DNA of 64,000 nucleotides from Patescibacteria group bacterium. Lineage in GTDB: Bacteria; Patescibacteriota; UBA1384; XYA2-FULL-43-10; 1-14-0-10-43-13. The notes beneath the pieces were generated by a model. That model was not told the origin of the DNA. It made no database searches and worked only from the letters and a program-made list of their open reading frames with translations. Where the stretch lies: NCBI GenBank assembly GCA_041649155.1, contig JBAZNP010000001.1, forward strand, positions 3,581-67,580, read 5' to 3'. Positions 49,848 to 61,218 of this stretch are shown here, piece after piece (position 1 is the first letter of the stretch; every line of letters begins with the position of its first letter). The translations under genes were made by a program, and so were the position numbers.

Positions 49848-52580
49848 ATGTTGACTGAAAAATTCGTTGCAGAACTGAGAAAGAATTGGGATCTACCACA
49901 AGATTACAGAATAAATAAATCTAGTGGGGAATTTGCTGATCAAGAAGAAAAATTAAATAAACTAAAACATCTAATAAAGACTCAACGAAACTCAGTATTA
50001 ATCTGTGGGGAGAGAGGAGCCGGCAAAACTTCTTTGGCCTATCATGCAATACGATTGGCATCACAAGAAAGCAACTCGAACAAGATTAAATTAATACCTG
50101 TGATTATTAATGCCAATCAGCTTAATGCAATTTCGGTTGACAAAAATCAGATAAACTTCAATAGACAATCAGTTTTAGAAAACATGATTTTTAGGCTAAG
50201 GAAATCATTTCAAAAACAGTTTTGCCTGACCGATGGAGCATGGTGGTATATCACAACACCATGCCTACGTTTCCCCATTTTATTAAATGATTTATACAAA
50301 AAAGCATCTTGCAGCAAGTTTGAAAGAATTGACTCAAAAGAAATTAAACATATTTTTCATTTCGAAATATCTAATTTGATCATCTGGATATTAGCGCTTG
50401 CTTCACTATTATCTCTGCTTTTTAACTTTTATGTTCCTTCCAATTTTCAGCTAATCGGAAAAATAGCTAGCGCATCGCTCCTTTCGATTTCTTTTATACT
50501 TATATCTACCAAAAAAACATCTTACATTTATGAAAAAGATTATTGCAATCTAGAATCCGATTTAATAAATCTTATGGAGAAAAACGGCAAATTAAGCTTC
50601 GTTTTTGTGATCGACGAACTAGATTTATTTAAGGCGCCAAATGGTCCAGGTATTGTTGAAAAGGATTCCAATAATACTATTATTTTCCCACTACTTAAGA
50701 CCTATAAGAATATTTTTCACTTTATAGAAGCTACATTTATAGTAATCGCTGACGAAGAAGTTTACGAGAAAATTGAGAAAGAAGATTTATACTCAACCTT
50801 ATTCACAGATGATATTTTCGTTTTTCTGCCTAGCAGAAAAGAACTAGATAGATACTTTGACAATATAATTAAAAAAAAAGATGATGATACATGGTCAAAT
50901 AACCTTGAGATATTTAAGAATTATATCCTTTGGTCAGGAAAAGGAAATATTAGGAAAATCATAAAGGCTATTAAAGATTTTGATCAGAATTCAACAAATA
51001 AGATAGTCTTCAATATCGAGAGTAAAAACTTATCTCAATCTAAGGCTTTTAAATTAATGTTTGAATACTATGAATCTATTAAAGACGGCCTAAGAAGCCA
51101 AGAATATAATAATAGAGAAAAATTTACTAAGTTATATCAAATTATTGATGATGATGTATGGACCAACCACGGTAAACCGTTTAAAGAGGCATTAAACGAA
51201 GATCAAGAGTTTTTGTTTCATTTATTAGGTGGTGTTCTTGAAAGAATTTATAATCAAAATGATGCAGGATTCATAATTAAATACAAACCATCGTCTAGCC
51301 CAGAAAGCATTTCCTCCTCCTTCAGAAATCCCGTTCCTCATGAAGAAAAACTAATTAATAAATTTAAAGAAGCTAATAACTTAGTCATTAGTTACGGAAA
51401 AAAACTTGGCGTTACACCGGAAGAGCTTATTCAGATATCTAAAGAGGAATCAGAGATAGACTTTCAACATTTGAAAAAATGTGAAGATTTATTATCGGAG
51501 ACATTTAACCTAGACCAGAATACAAGAAAGACATCTAATATTATTGTCATCGGACAGAGTTTCATCCAAATTCCAGTCCTAGAAGATATAATAAAACGTA
51601 TTACCCAAGATATTTTTAAGTATTGGGAAAGAAGACTTAAAACTACCGATAAATGGACCCTAAAATTCAAACACGAGGGAAACGAAACAGATGGCGCCCT
51701 CTTAAAGCAGCTGAATTTGCAGCAAAATACAGAGCTCTACCTAACAGAGTTGTTCAACGTACTCGGAATAAATATTATTGAGAAACTTGACCTCTCGCGA
51801 CATCTAATATTTTATAATAGAGAAACCAGCAATAAGTTTATAATTGTTATTGATGATCATGAACTGCGCATAGCCGTTAAGCACGCCATAGAATCATCAG
51901 GATTTAGTAACCATATGTTTGTGATAAGTAACTCCACTGACATTTCCGATTTACGAAAATGGTTTCTTAGCCGATACATACATTTTAAAAAAACTAAGAT
52001 GATTGTTGAGTCGGGTGTTGCTCAATTATTAGATGATTCTATTGTCTTGCACAAACTTGAAGATATAAACAAAGATACAAGCGGATGTTTACAAACATTT
52101 TTAAGATTTGACAGAAAAGCCTTCCCTCTAATTCTAGAGGCAGAGATAGAATTATTGGAAAATAATAGTATTTTTAACTTCTTCTTTGATTATACCCAAA
52201 ATAATCAAAATGAAATCCGATTTTATATGTGTAGGATAGATACTAGAATTGGCGACAAAAATGCAGATGGGATATTGCTAAAGAACTATTCTAGTGTTGA
52301 AACATTTTGGAACTATATTAACAAAGATCAAGATAAACATTCTTTCGCAAATCAGGCGCTTAAAGTAAGAATCGTTTACACTCAGAAAATGATTTCTTTT
52401 TACAAATTCATTGGTAAAAGAATTATTTTAATTGATAAAATAAATAATGAACTCGGTATCCATGGGGACTTTGGCTTCTTTAATGAAAGCCAAAGAGCTA
52501 AAGTTTCAAACCTGAGCATTAGATCAATACCATCAAAAACAAAGGAAAGGCAAATTCCTCTTTTGAGGTCAAAAAAATGA
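49848..52580 (+). CDS. KAP-family-like P-loop NTPase with two internal TM helices and a long unknown C-terminus
   Basis: Walker A GERGAGKT, two hydrophobic helices, Walker B FVFVIDELD; SD AAGGAG before ATG 49848. Confidence 0.7.
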   Translation: MLTEKFVAELRKNWDLPQDYRINKSSGEFADQEEKLNKLKHLIKTQRNSVLICGERGAGKTSLAYHAIRLASQESNSNKIKLIPVIINANQLNAISVDKNQINFNRQSVLENMIFRLRKSFQKQFCLTDGAWWYITTPCLRFPILLNDLYKKASCSKFERIDSKEIKHIFHFEISNLIIWILALASLLSLLFNFYVPSNFQLIGKIASASLLSISFILISTKKTSYIYEKDYCNLESDLINLMEKNGKLSFVFVIDELDLFKAPNGPGIVEKDSNNTIIFPLLKTYKNIFHFIEATFIVIADEEVYEKIEKEDLYSTLFTDDIFVFLPSRKELDRYFDNIIKKKDDDTWSNNLEIFKNYILWSGKGNIRKIIKAIKDFDQNSTNKIVFNIESKNLSQSKAFKLMFEYYESIKDGLRSQEYNNREKFTKLYQIIDDDVWTNHGKPFKEALNEDQEFLFHLLGGVLERIYNQNDAGFIIKYKPSSSPESISSSFRNPVPHEEKLINKFKEANNLVISYGKKLGVTPEELIQISKEESEIDFQHLKKCEDLLSETFNLDQNTRKTSNIIVIGQSFIQIPVLEDIIKRITQDIFKYWERRLKTTDKWTLKFKHEGNETDGALLKQLNLQQNTELYLTELFNVLGINIIEKLDLSRHLIFYNRETSNKFIIVIDDHELRIAVKHAIESSGFSNHMFVISNSTDISDLRKWFLSRYIHFKKTKMIVESGVAQLLDDSIVLHKLEDINKDTSGCLQTFLRFDRKAFPLILEAEIELLENNSIFNFFFDYTQNNQNEIRFYMCRIDTRIGDKNADGILLKNYSSVETFWNYINKDQDKHSFANQALKVRIVYTQKMISFYKFIGKRIILIDKINNELGIHGDFGFFNESQRAKVSNLSIRSIPSKTKERQIPLLRSKK

Positions 52581-52775
52581 TTATTTTATAAAATCGGTTG
52601 TGTATAGCTTCTTCATACTTTGTATGATTTTATAAAAAAAGTCTTACCAGGAGATCCTTTTTGTTCTTACGATTTTTGTTCGGTACTATTGACTATCTGA
52701 TAACAAATGCTATACTTTTCTTAGATCGTAAGATCTACTTTATTGCTTAAGGACTCCTTCGGGGGCCCTTTTTGC

Positions 52776-53575
52776 TTATGCTGGAATAACTTCCTCTTGG
52801 GAAGAAAGTGATCCCATTTCGATACTTGGAATAGGATCATCAGCCAGAGATAATTGAAGTTCTTTTTCTCTACATATGGAATTTCTAATTTTATTAATCT
52901 CAAACACAATTAGTCCTTTTTCAATAAGATTATTCAACTCAGAAGCTACTCTCCCGGCAGTACAAACAAGTATCACTTGTTTATTGTCAGCCAACAATTT
53001 CTCGATTGGTTCTGCAAAATCACTATCACCACTCCAGAGAACGAAAGTGTCATTTTTCAATGAATCTTTTTCAATCTCTCTTCCTATTTCTACGTCAAAA
53101 TTACATTTTTTATCCTCTATATAAAAAACACCTTGGTCATTCAAGCTAATTAGCTCTTGATTTAATGCCTTGATCGTTTCCTGTGAAATCTGTTTAGTAA
53201 TGGTTTTTTAATGAAATTTTTCAAAATAGCGGTCGACTCAATTGGTATACTCTGGGCAAAAATTGGAATTCTAATATTTTTTACTGGTTTGGTAAAAACT
53301 TCGAATCCTACTGCTTTTGCTTTCTTTATTAATCTTTTTGACCGGTCATTTTTTGGCAATTGGCCATAAAAGAACTTAATGCTTTTAATATTCGGAAATG
53401 ACTCAAAAAAAGATTTGGTTCTTCCAAGATCAACATGCCATTTTTGGGTCCAGTTTACAACATTAGCATAATCAATATACAAAATAGTTTTTCCAACAAA
53501 AAGCTTCTGGATCTCTTCCATTCTGCCATCGTCGTGTATAAATTTAGATTTAATTTCTTCAATAATGCTAGGCAT
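52776..53575 (-). pseudogene. NYN/LabA-domain protein split by a frameshift
   Basis: ILYIDYANV in ORF 53162-53575; KCNFDVEI and SGDSDF in ORF 52776-53144; one extra A at about 53193-53195 would join them (LLKQISQETIKALNQELISLNDQG). Confidence 0.85.
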
Positions 53576-53799
53576 AAACCCATAATAGTACTTACCATCA
53601 ACTCGATCAAGGACTGATAGTGCTAATACACTAAGGGGTTATATCTTCAAAGAAAATTTGTGCTTCTGGAATTTTGGATAGATTACTTCCTTCCAGCGTC
53701 TGGTCTCTGATCGTATTATGTGTAAATTCTCGCTGACGAGCTCCATCAATAAAATGATCATTCTTTTGAATGGTCATTTTATTTAGATGATCTAAGCAG

Positions 53800-54038
53800 A
53801 TTGGTTATATATTATTTTTTATTCAATTAACATTGAACGTTCTATGGTCAGCCATCTTTTTTGGCCCAGAAAACCCAATTTTCGGATTTGTAATAATTTT
53901 AACTCTTTGGATAGCAATATTTTTACTATCTTTTACTTCTACAGAATAAACAGGATTGCCGCATATTTGTTGATTCCATACATATTATGGGTCAGTTTTG
54001 CCGCAGTCTTGAACTACTCAATTGCGGTGTTTAATTAA
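53800..54038 (+). pseudogene. TspO/MBR remnant (5'-truncated, frameshifted)
   Basis: One frame gives LFFIQLTLNVLWSAIFFG..TLWIAIF; another gives AAYLLIPYILWVSFAAVLNYSI; the frames switch at a T-run near 53920. Confidence 0.8.
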
Positions 54039-54089
54039 CAGCAATATTTCTCACCAATTCTGACGAATACTGAACATTGACAAGCTTTT

Positions 54090-54826
54090 TTACAAAATTG
54101 CGACCGAAATAGCCGATATAACGAACAAAATTCCCCAAATTAGATCTGTTTTTAAACTTTTCTTGCCATATCTTCTGGCAATCGGATTATCGATAAAGAA
54201 AAACAATCCCATCGCAAACACATATAGAGCGACTCCATACTTCAACCAAATTAAATTCTGATAAAAATTAAGCAAAGAAATTTCTTTAATAAAAAATAAG
54301 CTAAGAGATCCAATAATTATCCCTAATATCGGGTAAAATATCGGGCTATCGAAGCTTAAAGGCTCATATATTTTTTTCACAGGTTTTCCATCGCACACTT
54401 CAATAATATTTGAAGCAAAACCTTTGAGATCTTCATAACCGTCCAAAACTGTTGTTCTACCAACCGAAAATACACGGACCTCACGAATATTTTTCTCTTT
54501 AGTAACTACTACGGCTAATTTGTTAATATCCCTTATAAACAAAACTTCCTTGGAATCTGAGGTAATTTTTTCTAACTTTTCATCGCTAAGAATAATTTTT
54601 CTATCTCGAAATGTATAAAAAAGTTTTACAATAAAAATGCGAAAAATAATAAAAACAATAACGAGAAATGTAAAAATAATTCCTGTATATCCCAAGTTAT
54701 CACGCCAGAACACCCCCCCATCAACAAAAAGGTTGCCGACAGACTAACAGCAAGAGAAGTAAAAGCTTTTATTCTTCTCCCTATCTCTGACTCTGAGATT
54801 TTATATTCGGCGCGAATGTTATTCAT
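54090..54826 (-). pseudogene. Membrane protein split at a G7 tract
   Basis: ORF 54626-54826 and ORF 54090-54713 fuse if the C7 run at 54713-54719 gains one base. Confidence 0.7.
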
Positions 54827-55007
54827 CTGCTTTTGTTAATTTATTAAACTGGCCCTTTGTAATAAAAATCCTAACCAATGAAGCATCGGCAAATTTTTCT
54901 TCAATCAAATCCGCCCTCTGCCCATAATCCCAAGCAATTATCGATCTTGTTTTTAAATCTAGATCAATATAATATCTAGTATCTTGATCCTCTGGCTTAT
55001 TATTCAT
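54819..55007 (-). CDS. Small hypothetical protein
   Basis: 62 aa; SD AAGGAG; overlaps the start of the next gene. Confidence 0.7.
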   Translation of the reverse strand: MNNKPEDQDTRYYIDLDLKTRSIIAWDYGQRADLIEEKFADASLVRIFITKGQFNKLTKADE

Positions 55008-55276
55008 TTTTCTCCTTATTTATAGAAATAATATTAGCTTCAAGCTTTTCTATTTGTTTCATATCTTCATCTTTGATTTAAGTATAAGATATCTAGCACT
55101 AATTTTCCATGGGAATCCCTGAGCTCATAGCTAATTTGCACTTCGCATAGTTAAAGTGAAGTATCTCTCTCCATCTTCTCGATTCTTCTACTATTGAGTG
55201 TAAACTTTGCTTGATTTCTACCACCATACAAGATTTTGGGGCATTTTGTGCCTTTTTTTCTTTGCAAATTAAGCTT

Positions 55277-56008
55277 CTATATTTTCGCCAAAATGAATGC
55301 TAGCAAAAACCCTGCTACTGTCAATGCTCCGATCGAGAAACCGCCCTCCTCAAAAGCCTCCGGCATCATACTGTCGGCCAGCATCGCAAGAATAGCGCCG
55401 GCAGCGAAAGCTTCTATCGATCCAATAATATTTGGATTGATATCATGTAAAAATAGGAAACTCAAAATTGTTGTCGCAAAAGCCAGAACGGCGACAACCA
55501 TCCAGATTGAATAAATTTGCCTGTTGGAAAAATTCTCTTTCCGCAGTCCGCGAATTGATGATATGCCTTCAGGAAAATTTGACAAAATTATTGCGATCAG
55601 CATTAAAAGACCGGTACCTGCTCCATTAAAAATGGCTATTCCCAGTGCAATCGATTCAGGGATGCCATCCAAAAGCGCTCCCAATGTTATCACTAAACCA
55701 GTACTTTCAACCTTGGGAACCAAATTCTGAGTTCTTTTGTGGCGTCTGCCGCCAAAAATATGAATTAAATAGTCTCCTCCTATAAAAACGAGTCCACCCA
55801 AAACAAAGCCCAAAATGGCAGCATCAAAACCGCCCTGATTAAAAGCTTCTTCCATCAGCCCGAAAGTAAGAGCGCAAACTAAAAGGCCGGAACCAAAAGC
55901 CATAAATCGGGCAATTGTTTTTCTCTTGAATTTAAAATAGATTCCGGACCATGCCCCGATCAAAAGTGCCAATCCGCTTGCTCCGCCATAAATAATTGCA
56001 TTTGTCAT
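55277..56008 (-). CDS. ZIP-family metal transporter
   Basis: MAFGSG.L, LLDGIPES..LG, SNFPEG.SS, AFAAGAILAMLADSMMPEAF. Confidence 0.9.
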   Translation of the reverse strand: MTNAIIYGGASGLALLIGAWSGIYFKFKRKTIARFMAFGSGLLVCALTFGLMEEAFNQGGFDAAILGFVLGGLVFIGGDYLIHIFGGRRHKRTQNLVPKVESTGLVITLGALLDGIPESIALGIAIFNGAGTGLLMLIAIILSNFPEGISSIRGLRKENFSNRQIYSIWMVVAVLAFATTILSFLFLHDINPNIIGSIEAFAAGAILAMLADSMMPEAFEEGGFSIGALTVAGFLLAFILAKI

Positions 56009-56116
56009 AAACTTCTCCTTTTGGTTTTTATAGTTTCATTATAGACCTATTTATGGATATAAAAAAAATAAGTCAGATAAGCTTACCTGACTTATTTTTT
56101 GTTTAGATTTATTTTT

Positions 56117-58102
56117 TTACTCTTCTCTTAATGCCTCAGCCGGATCAAGTTTGGCTGCTCTTTTAGCAGGGAAATAGCCTGCAACGCCTGCAACTAAAAT
56201 TGAAAACAATACAACTCCGACCGAAAGATAAATCGGCACATAGAAAGAGAGCGAATCTCCAGTGCTTGAAGCTGATTGACTCATCATATAATTATTAACT
56301 AGTGCTTGAACTAATTTTGAGCCAAGAAAGCCAAGGGAAAGTCCAACCAATCCGCCGAATAATCCAATAAGAGATGCTTCAGAAATAAATATCGAACGAA
56401 TATCGCGATTTTTTGCACCGACTGCTTTCATAATGCCAATCTCTTTAGTTCGTTCTAAAACTGACATTATCATTGTATTCACAATACCAAGCGAAGCAAC
56501 CAACAACGCGATTCCTCCAATAACACCCATGACAATTTGCATTATCGTAAAAGTACGAGTCATTGATTTAGCGATATCTTCATAAGAAGTAGCACCATAA
56601 CCCTTATCATCAACCGCTTTTTTAATTTCAGAAACTTTTGAGGTATCGTTTGCTCTTACAATAATCGAACTATAAAGATTAGGACTTGCCTTTGCCAATT
56701 CAGTGGTCTTGGTTTGCTTAAGCCAATCATTGGCAGTTTTCATTGGAATATAGGTGTAATAACTGAATTTTTCATCTTCGCCCAGAACTCCAACAATTTT
56801 TGTTTTAAATTCCTTATCATCTTCGTTTGACTTGATCGTTACTTCCGCGCCGATTGCTTTTGTCGGATCAGAAAATCCCAAAGCAACAGCTTGACCGTGA
56901 GGGATAACAACACCATTTTCATCATCGCTAGTCACAAAGCTACCATATTTAACTTTGTCTTTTGCGGTTTGCTTTACATATTTTAACGGCGCAAGCCCTT
57001 GACCATAAACCCTGGAAGTTTTATCTCCATATGTCATTTCGCCGGAAATAGTGACGTCAGGATACACAACCTCTACATTTGAAATTTTCTCTAGATCAGC
57101 AATCGTAGTATCATTTAAATCTTTTGTTTCAGTCTTGGCAAAATCAGTACCGACTGAGAAATTTACGACATCTCTTTTTTCACCGCTAACATTTATTTCT
57201 TCAACTTGAGAATAACTTTTAAGCTCATCTGTAACTTCTCGCTGCAGACCAGCACCAAAGGAGACAAGAACAACAATTGCCATTGCGCCGATTGCAATTC
57301 CAAACGAAGTTAAGAAAAAACGTAGCTTTCTTCTTTTTAGGTTTTTTAATGCAATTGAAAAACGAGAACGAGAATTAATATTTTTAATATCAAAATTTCT
57401 TTGTACTTTGCTTTCAGTCAATTTTGACTTAGCATTTTTTTCAGAGATAATTTCTCCATCAAGCATCTTAACAACTTTGTCAGCATACTTTTCATAGGCC
57501 TCATTGTGAGTAACCATAATGATAGTATGACCGTCATCATTCAGCTTTTTTAATAACTCAATAATTTCTTGGCCAGTTTTTGAATCCAGATTTCCTGTCG
57601 GCTCATCACACAATAAAATTTGCGGATTATTTACGAGCGCACGAGCAATTGCCACCCTTTGCTGTTGTCCGCCAGAAAGCTTTTTAGGCAGACTTTTTGC
57701 TTTTTCCGTCAGACCGACTGACTCCAAAACATTCATTGCAATTTTGGTCTGCATTTTTTGATTTTGACCAGAAAATTTCAGCGGCATTTTTACATTTTCC
57801 AAAACCGTTGCGTCATTTATCAAGTTAAACTTCTGGAAGATCATGCCGACTTCTTCTCGACGATATTTTGCCAATTGATCCGGTTTTTCAGAAGCCAAAT
57901 CCCTATTATTAACTTTTACAGAACCGCCAGTTGGCACATCCATACCGCCAAGAATATTAAGCAATGTTGATTTACCGCAACCAGATTGACCAAGAACAAC
58001 AACGAATTCACCGGAATTAATACTTAAATTTATGCCGGAAAGTGCTTCAAAATCTTGGTCTTCGATTTTATAAGTCTTTTTTAGATTTTTAATTTCGATC
58101 AT
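56117..58102 (-). CDS. MacB-like fused ABC ATPase/permease
   Basis: [32 protein letters not shown]; [24 protein letters not shown]. Confidence 0.93.
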   Translation of the reverse strand: MIEIKNLKKTYKIEDQDFEALSGINLSINSGEFVVVLGQSGCGKSTLLNILGGMDVPTGGSVKVNNRDLASEKPDQLAKYRREEVGMIFQKFNLINDATVLENVKMPLKFSGQNQKMQTKIAMNVLESVGLTEKAKSLPKKLSGGQQQRVAIARALVNNPQILLCDEPTGNLDSKTGQEIIELLKKLNDDGHTIIMVTHNEAYEKYADKVVKMLDGEIISEKNAKSKLTESKVQRNFDIKNINSRSRFSIALKNLKRRKLRFFLTSFGIAIGAMAIVVLVSFGAGLQREVTDELKSYSQVEEINVSGEKRDVVNFSVGTDFAKTETKDLNDTTIADLEKISNVEVVYPDVTISGEMTYGDKTSRVYGQGLAPLKYVKQTAKDKVKYGSFVTSDDENGVVIPHGQAVALGFSDPTKAIGAEVTIKSNEDDKEFKTKIVGVLGEDEKFSYYTYIPMKTANDWLKQTKTTELAKASPNLYSSIIVRANDTSKVSEIKKAVDDKGYGATSYEDIAKSMTRTFTIMQIVMGVIGGIALLVASLGIVNTMIMSVLERTKEIGIMKAVGAKNRDIRSIFISEASLIGLFGGLVGLSLGFLGSKLVQALVNNYMMSQSASSTGDSLSFYVPIYLSVGVVLFSILVAGVAGYFPAKRAAKLDPAEALREE

Positions 58103-58109
58103 TTTTCTC

Positions 58110-58883
58110 CTAAAGTTTATTAATATTTAAATTTCCTGAAGTAGTTTTGACAGAAACATTATATTTACCGTCATTTGCCTTGCCGACCATATGTTTCCCG
58201 TCATTTTGTTGCATAATCAGACCGAATAAATCAGAGATAATTCCAGTTTCAGTATTATATATAAAACTAAGACTACTATTTTGGGGAAGAAAAAGATTAA
58301 TATCACCGGAACCCGAAACGATTGTTTTATTGTTTTCTAAAACAGAATCAACAATTTTTACATCCCCAGAATTAGTATTTATTTGTTCTTCTCCTTTACA
58401 ATTAGTTAAATTCGTACTGCCGGATGTAGCTGAAACTTCAATTTTTTTAAGAATTAATGAATCTATTTCTATATCGCCAGTATCTGATTTTACTTTGATA
58501 TTTTTGGAATATGCAGTGGGGATTTTTATTTCCAATTTAAAACCCTCAAGAGTGGTATACATGGCAGCAGTATCTGACATTCCGCTTGTTATATTAAGGT
58601 CGGAACCAACTTCATTTGTTGTAACTGTAGGGTCATTTTTACCATTTGATCTAGCTTCCCCAAAGTAACGAATAGAAATATCACTGCCATCAGTCGGTGT
58701 AACAAAAATGTTTGCGCTAGAGCTAGTGATATTAATTGCTTCAATATTTTGTATAGAAGATGTCTTTGAAATATCAATATTTTTTTTCTGAATTTCAAAA
58801 CCCCCATTATAAGAAATTATTAACAAGCCGATCCCTAAACAGATTGATGAAATACCCAAAATCCACAAGACTACTTTTTTCAT
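58110..58883 (-). CDS. DUF4097-like beta-strand repeat protein
   Basis: N-terminal TM and repeated I.T.SGDI motifs; third gene of a PadR-DUF1700 operon. Confidence 0.8.
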   Translation of the reverse strand: MKKVVLWILGISSICLGIGLLIISYNGGFEIQKKNIDISKTSSIQNIEAINITSSSANIFVTPTDGSDISIRYFGEARSNGKNDPTVTTNEVGSDLNITSGMSDTAAMYTTLEGFKLEIKIPTAYSKNIKVKSDTGDIEIDSLILKKIEVSATSGSTNLTNCKGEEQINTNSGDVKIVDSVLENNKTIVSGSGDINLFLPQNSSLSFIYNTETGIISDLFGLIMQQNDGKHMVGKANDGKYNVSVKTTSGNLNINKL

Positions 58884-59473
58884 TTCATCTCCTTATCGCC
58901 TTTAATGATACTCATATTGATTCGAAGATATGAAACGGTTAATTGATAAAACCATTTTGCCAGGAACCAGCAACCAATTAAAAACAAAATACTGAATCCA
59001 GTCAAAGCAATAAAAAGGAATAACAGAGCAAGGGGCGTAATTCCAATATTAATTAGCGGATTAGCAAAGTTAGGAATGATTATAGCGGCGGCTGCAATTA
59101 AAAAACCGACCACACCAGAAGCAAAAGCCGCTACGCCGGAAGCAATGAGACCACATAAAATGAATAAAAGGCCAAAAAATGGAAAAGCGATAAAAACTAA
59201 ATTAAAAAAACTTAATCCCGCAGTCGCAAGCACTGCTCGCACAATGCTACTGGCAGAAATTTTATCGTCCGCTTTCCTTATATGGTGATCAGCCCTAAGC
59301 TGTCTAGCAATAGATGAAGGTTCGCCTAACGATTTAGCAATTTCGTTCTCGCTTCGTCCTGATTCTTTTCCTGCTCGAAAATGTTCCTCATAATCAGAAA
59401 TAATGTCTTCAACTTCCGATTCCGGCAAACTTTTTAGAGACCCTCTTAATTTTTTAATAAATTGTTCTTTCAT
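58880..59473 (-). CDS. DUF1700 (HAAS) membrane protein
   Basis: F...L...L..LP..E..DI..DYEEHF..G...G.SE.EI...LG.P..IA followed by TMs. Confidence 0.88.
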   Translation of the reverse strand: MKEQFIKKLRGSLKSLPESEVEDIISDYEEHFRAGKESGRSENEIAKSLGEPSSIARQLRADHHIRKADDKISASSIVRAVLATAGLSFFNLVFIAFPFFGLLFILCGLIASGVAAFASGVVGFLIAAAAIIIPNFANPLINIGITPLALLFLFIALTGFSILFLIGCWFLAKWFYQLTVSYLRINMSIIKGDKEMK

Positions 59474-59787
59474 TTTTTAAATTCCCCTAATAACTGATTA
59501 ATATTTATATTAAATTCTTTCCATTCTTTTAATAATTCTTCGCTGGCTACCTTACCTTTTTTAGTTAAACGATAATATTTTCGAGGAGGACCGTCTGTTG
59601 ATTCTTGAAGATAGGTATCAACATATTCTTCGTTTTTTAAACGACGAAGTAAAGGATAAATTGTTCCTTCTGAAATAGCGATTGTTTTGGAAATATCACT
59701 AACCAATTCATAGCCATAACAATCTTTGCGTTCCAAAACAGTCAAGACACACATTTCCAAAACACCTTTTTTTAATTGAGTATCCAA
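59470..59787 (-). CDS. PadR-family transcriptional regulator
   Basis: [38 protein letters not shown]. Confidence 0.95.
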   Translation of the reverse strand: MDTQLKKGVLEMCVLTVLERKDCYGYELVSDISKTIAISEGTIYPLLRRLKNEEYVDTYLQESTDGPPRKYYRLTKKGKVASEELLKEWKEFNININQLLGEFKK

Positions 59788-59985
59788 GTTAGCTCCTTAA
59801 ATAGCTATTATGCATTACACAGTACTATGTTATATATACCACAATATGATTTTCTGTCAACATTTACAGAGAGCTATTTTAACTTCATATAGCAATATTA
59901 CCAGTCTGAGACATAATAATATTATTAGATTTATTTTGTGAAAAAAGGAACGCAGTCCCCTTTTGATCTCATCTTTGGCTTTTTA

Positions 59986-60948
59986 TTATCTCAGAACAAG
60001 ATTAAATAAATATCCAGTAAACAATATCCCCAAGCCCACAATGCCGGCAAAAATTAAAATTAGCTTGGTTTTCATCACTTTTTTTAAAATCATAAATTCA
60101 GGAAGAGACAATCCTGTTACGGCCATCATAAATGCAAGAGTTGTACCTATAGCCACGCCTTTTTCCGTAAGAACTGAAACAAGTGGGATAATACCTGCCG
60201 CGTTTGAATACAGAGGAATACCGATCAATGTTGCGAATGGCACAGCATACCACTTATCGCTGCCGGCATATTGAGCCAGAAAATCAGTCGGCACATAGCC
60301 GTGAATCCAGGCCCCAATTCCAATGCCGATGATTACATAAATCCAAACTTTTTTAATAATGTTAAAAGTATATTTTCTAGCGTAGAAAGCTCTTTCCGGT
60401 AATGTTTTTTCTTTTATAACGCCGGAGTTATTTTTGTATTCAATCTTTTCTATCAAATCCTCAACTTTGAGCCTGCCAATTATTATGCCGGAAATTATCG
60501 CAATCAAAAGACCGCTCAAAACATACAATAAGGCAATTTTCCAGCCGAACATGCCAAGCAAAAGAACAATAGCGACCTCATTTATCATCGGCGAAGCAAT
60601 AAGAAATGAAAAAGTAACTCCAAGCGGCACACCCGCCTCAATGAAACCAAGAAATAGAGGGATTGCGCTGCAAGTGCAAAATGGAGTCAAAATGCCAAAA
60701 AAGGCGGCTAGAATATTGCCGACAAATGAATATTTATGAGTTAAGATTTTCCTAATTTTTTCAGTCGGCAAAAATGTACGAATAACAGAGACTACAAATA
60801 TGATAACTACGAGCAAAATAAGGATTTTAATTGTATCAAAAATAAAGAAATTGATAGCTTCAGCTAAAAACGTTCCATGTGCTATTGAGAACACTGAATA
60901 AGTGAGCCAATCTGCTAATAATTTAACCGGATAAAATATTGTGTCCAT
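59986..60948 (-). CDS. ArsP/DUF318-family permease
   Basis: TPFCTCSAIP.F.G, SFLIASPMINE, G.PLYSNAAG, LSLPE. Confidence 0.88.
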   Translation of the reverse strand: MDTIFYPVKLLADWLTYSVFSIAHGTFLAEAINFFIFDTIKILILLVVIIFVVSVIRTFLPTEKIRKILTHKYSFVGNILAAFFGILTPFCTCSAIPLFLGFIEAGVPLGVTFSFLIASPMINEVAIVLLLGMFGWKIALLYVLSGLLIAIISGIIIGRLKVEDLIEKIEYKNNSGVIKEKTLPERAFYARKYTFNIIKKVWIYVIIGIGIGAWIHGYVPTDFLAQYAGSDKWYAVPFATLIGIPLYSNAAGIIPLVSVLTEKGVAIGTTLAFMMAVTGLSLPEFMILKKVMKTKLILIFAGIVGLGILFTGYLFNLVLR

Positions 60949-61218
60949 GAAATCCTTAACATTTTTAATTTATATGACCGCCATAACTATGCGCCGATCT
61001 GAAACGGGTTGAAATTGGTCTTAGTATCGTAAAAGTCCTCTGATTCTTTTTTCTTAAGCTTGTTTACAATCAAATAAGTTAACAGTGTGAAAGTTATTTG
61101 ATTGATATTTTACTTAGTTGATTATACCAAACTGAAAGCATCGAAGACAGTGTTTAAATTTAGTTTTACCTTTTATAAAAATGATTTATAATTAACCTAA
61201 TATTAAACAAGGAAACAA

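Noticed and set aside
49637-49858. 73-aa ORF upstream of the NTPase
   Set aside because: AT-rich, crosses the inverted repeat, no SD or motif.
49000-56000. Prophage or integrative island at tmRNA
   Set aside because: No integrase, phage genes or duplicated ssrA 3' end seen; the variable genes lie on the 5' side of ssrA.
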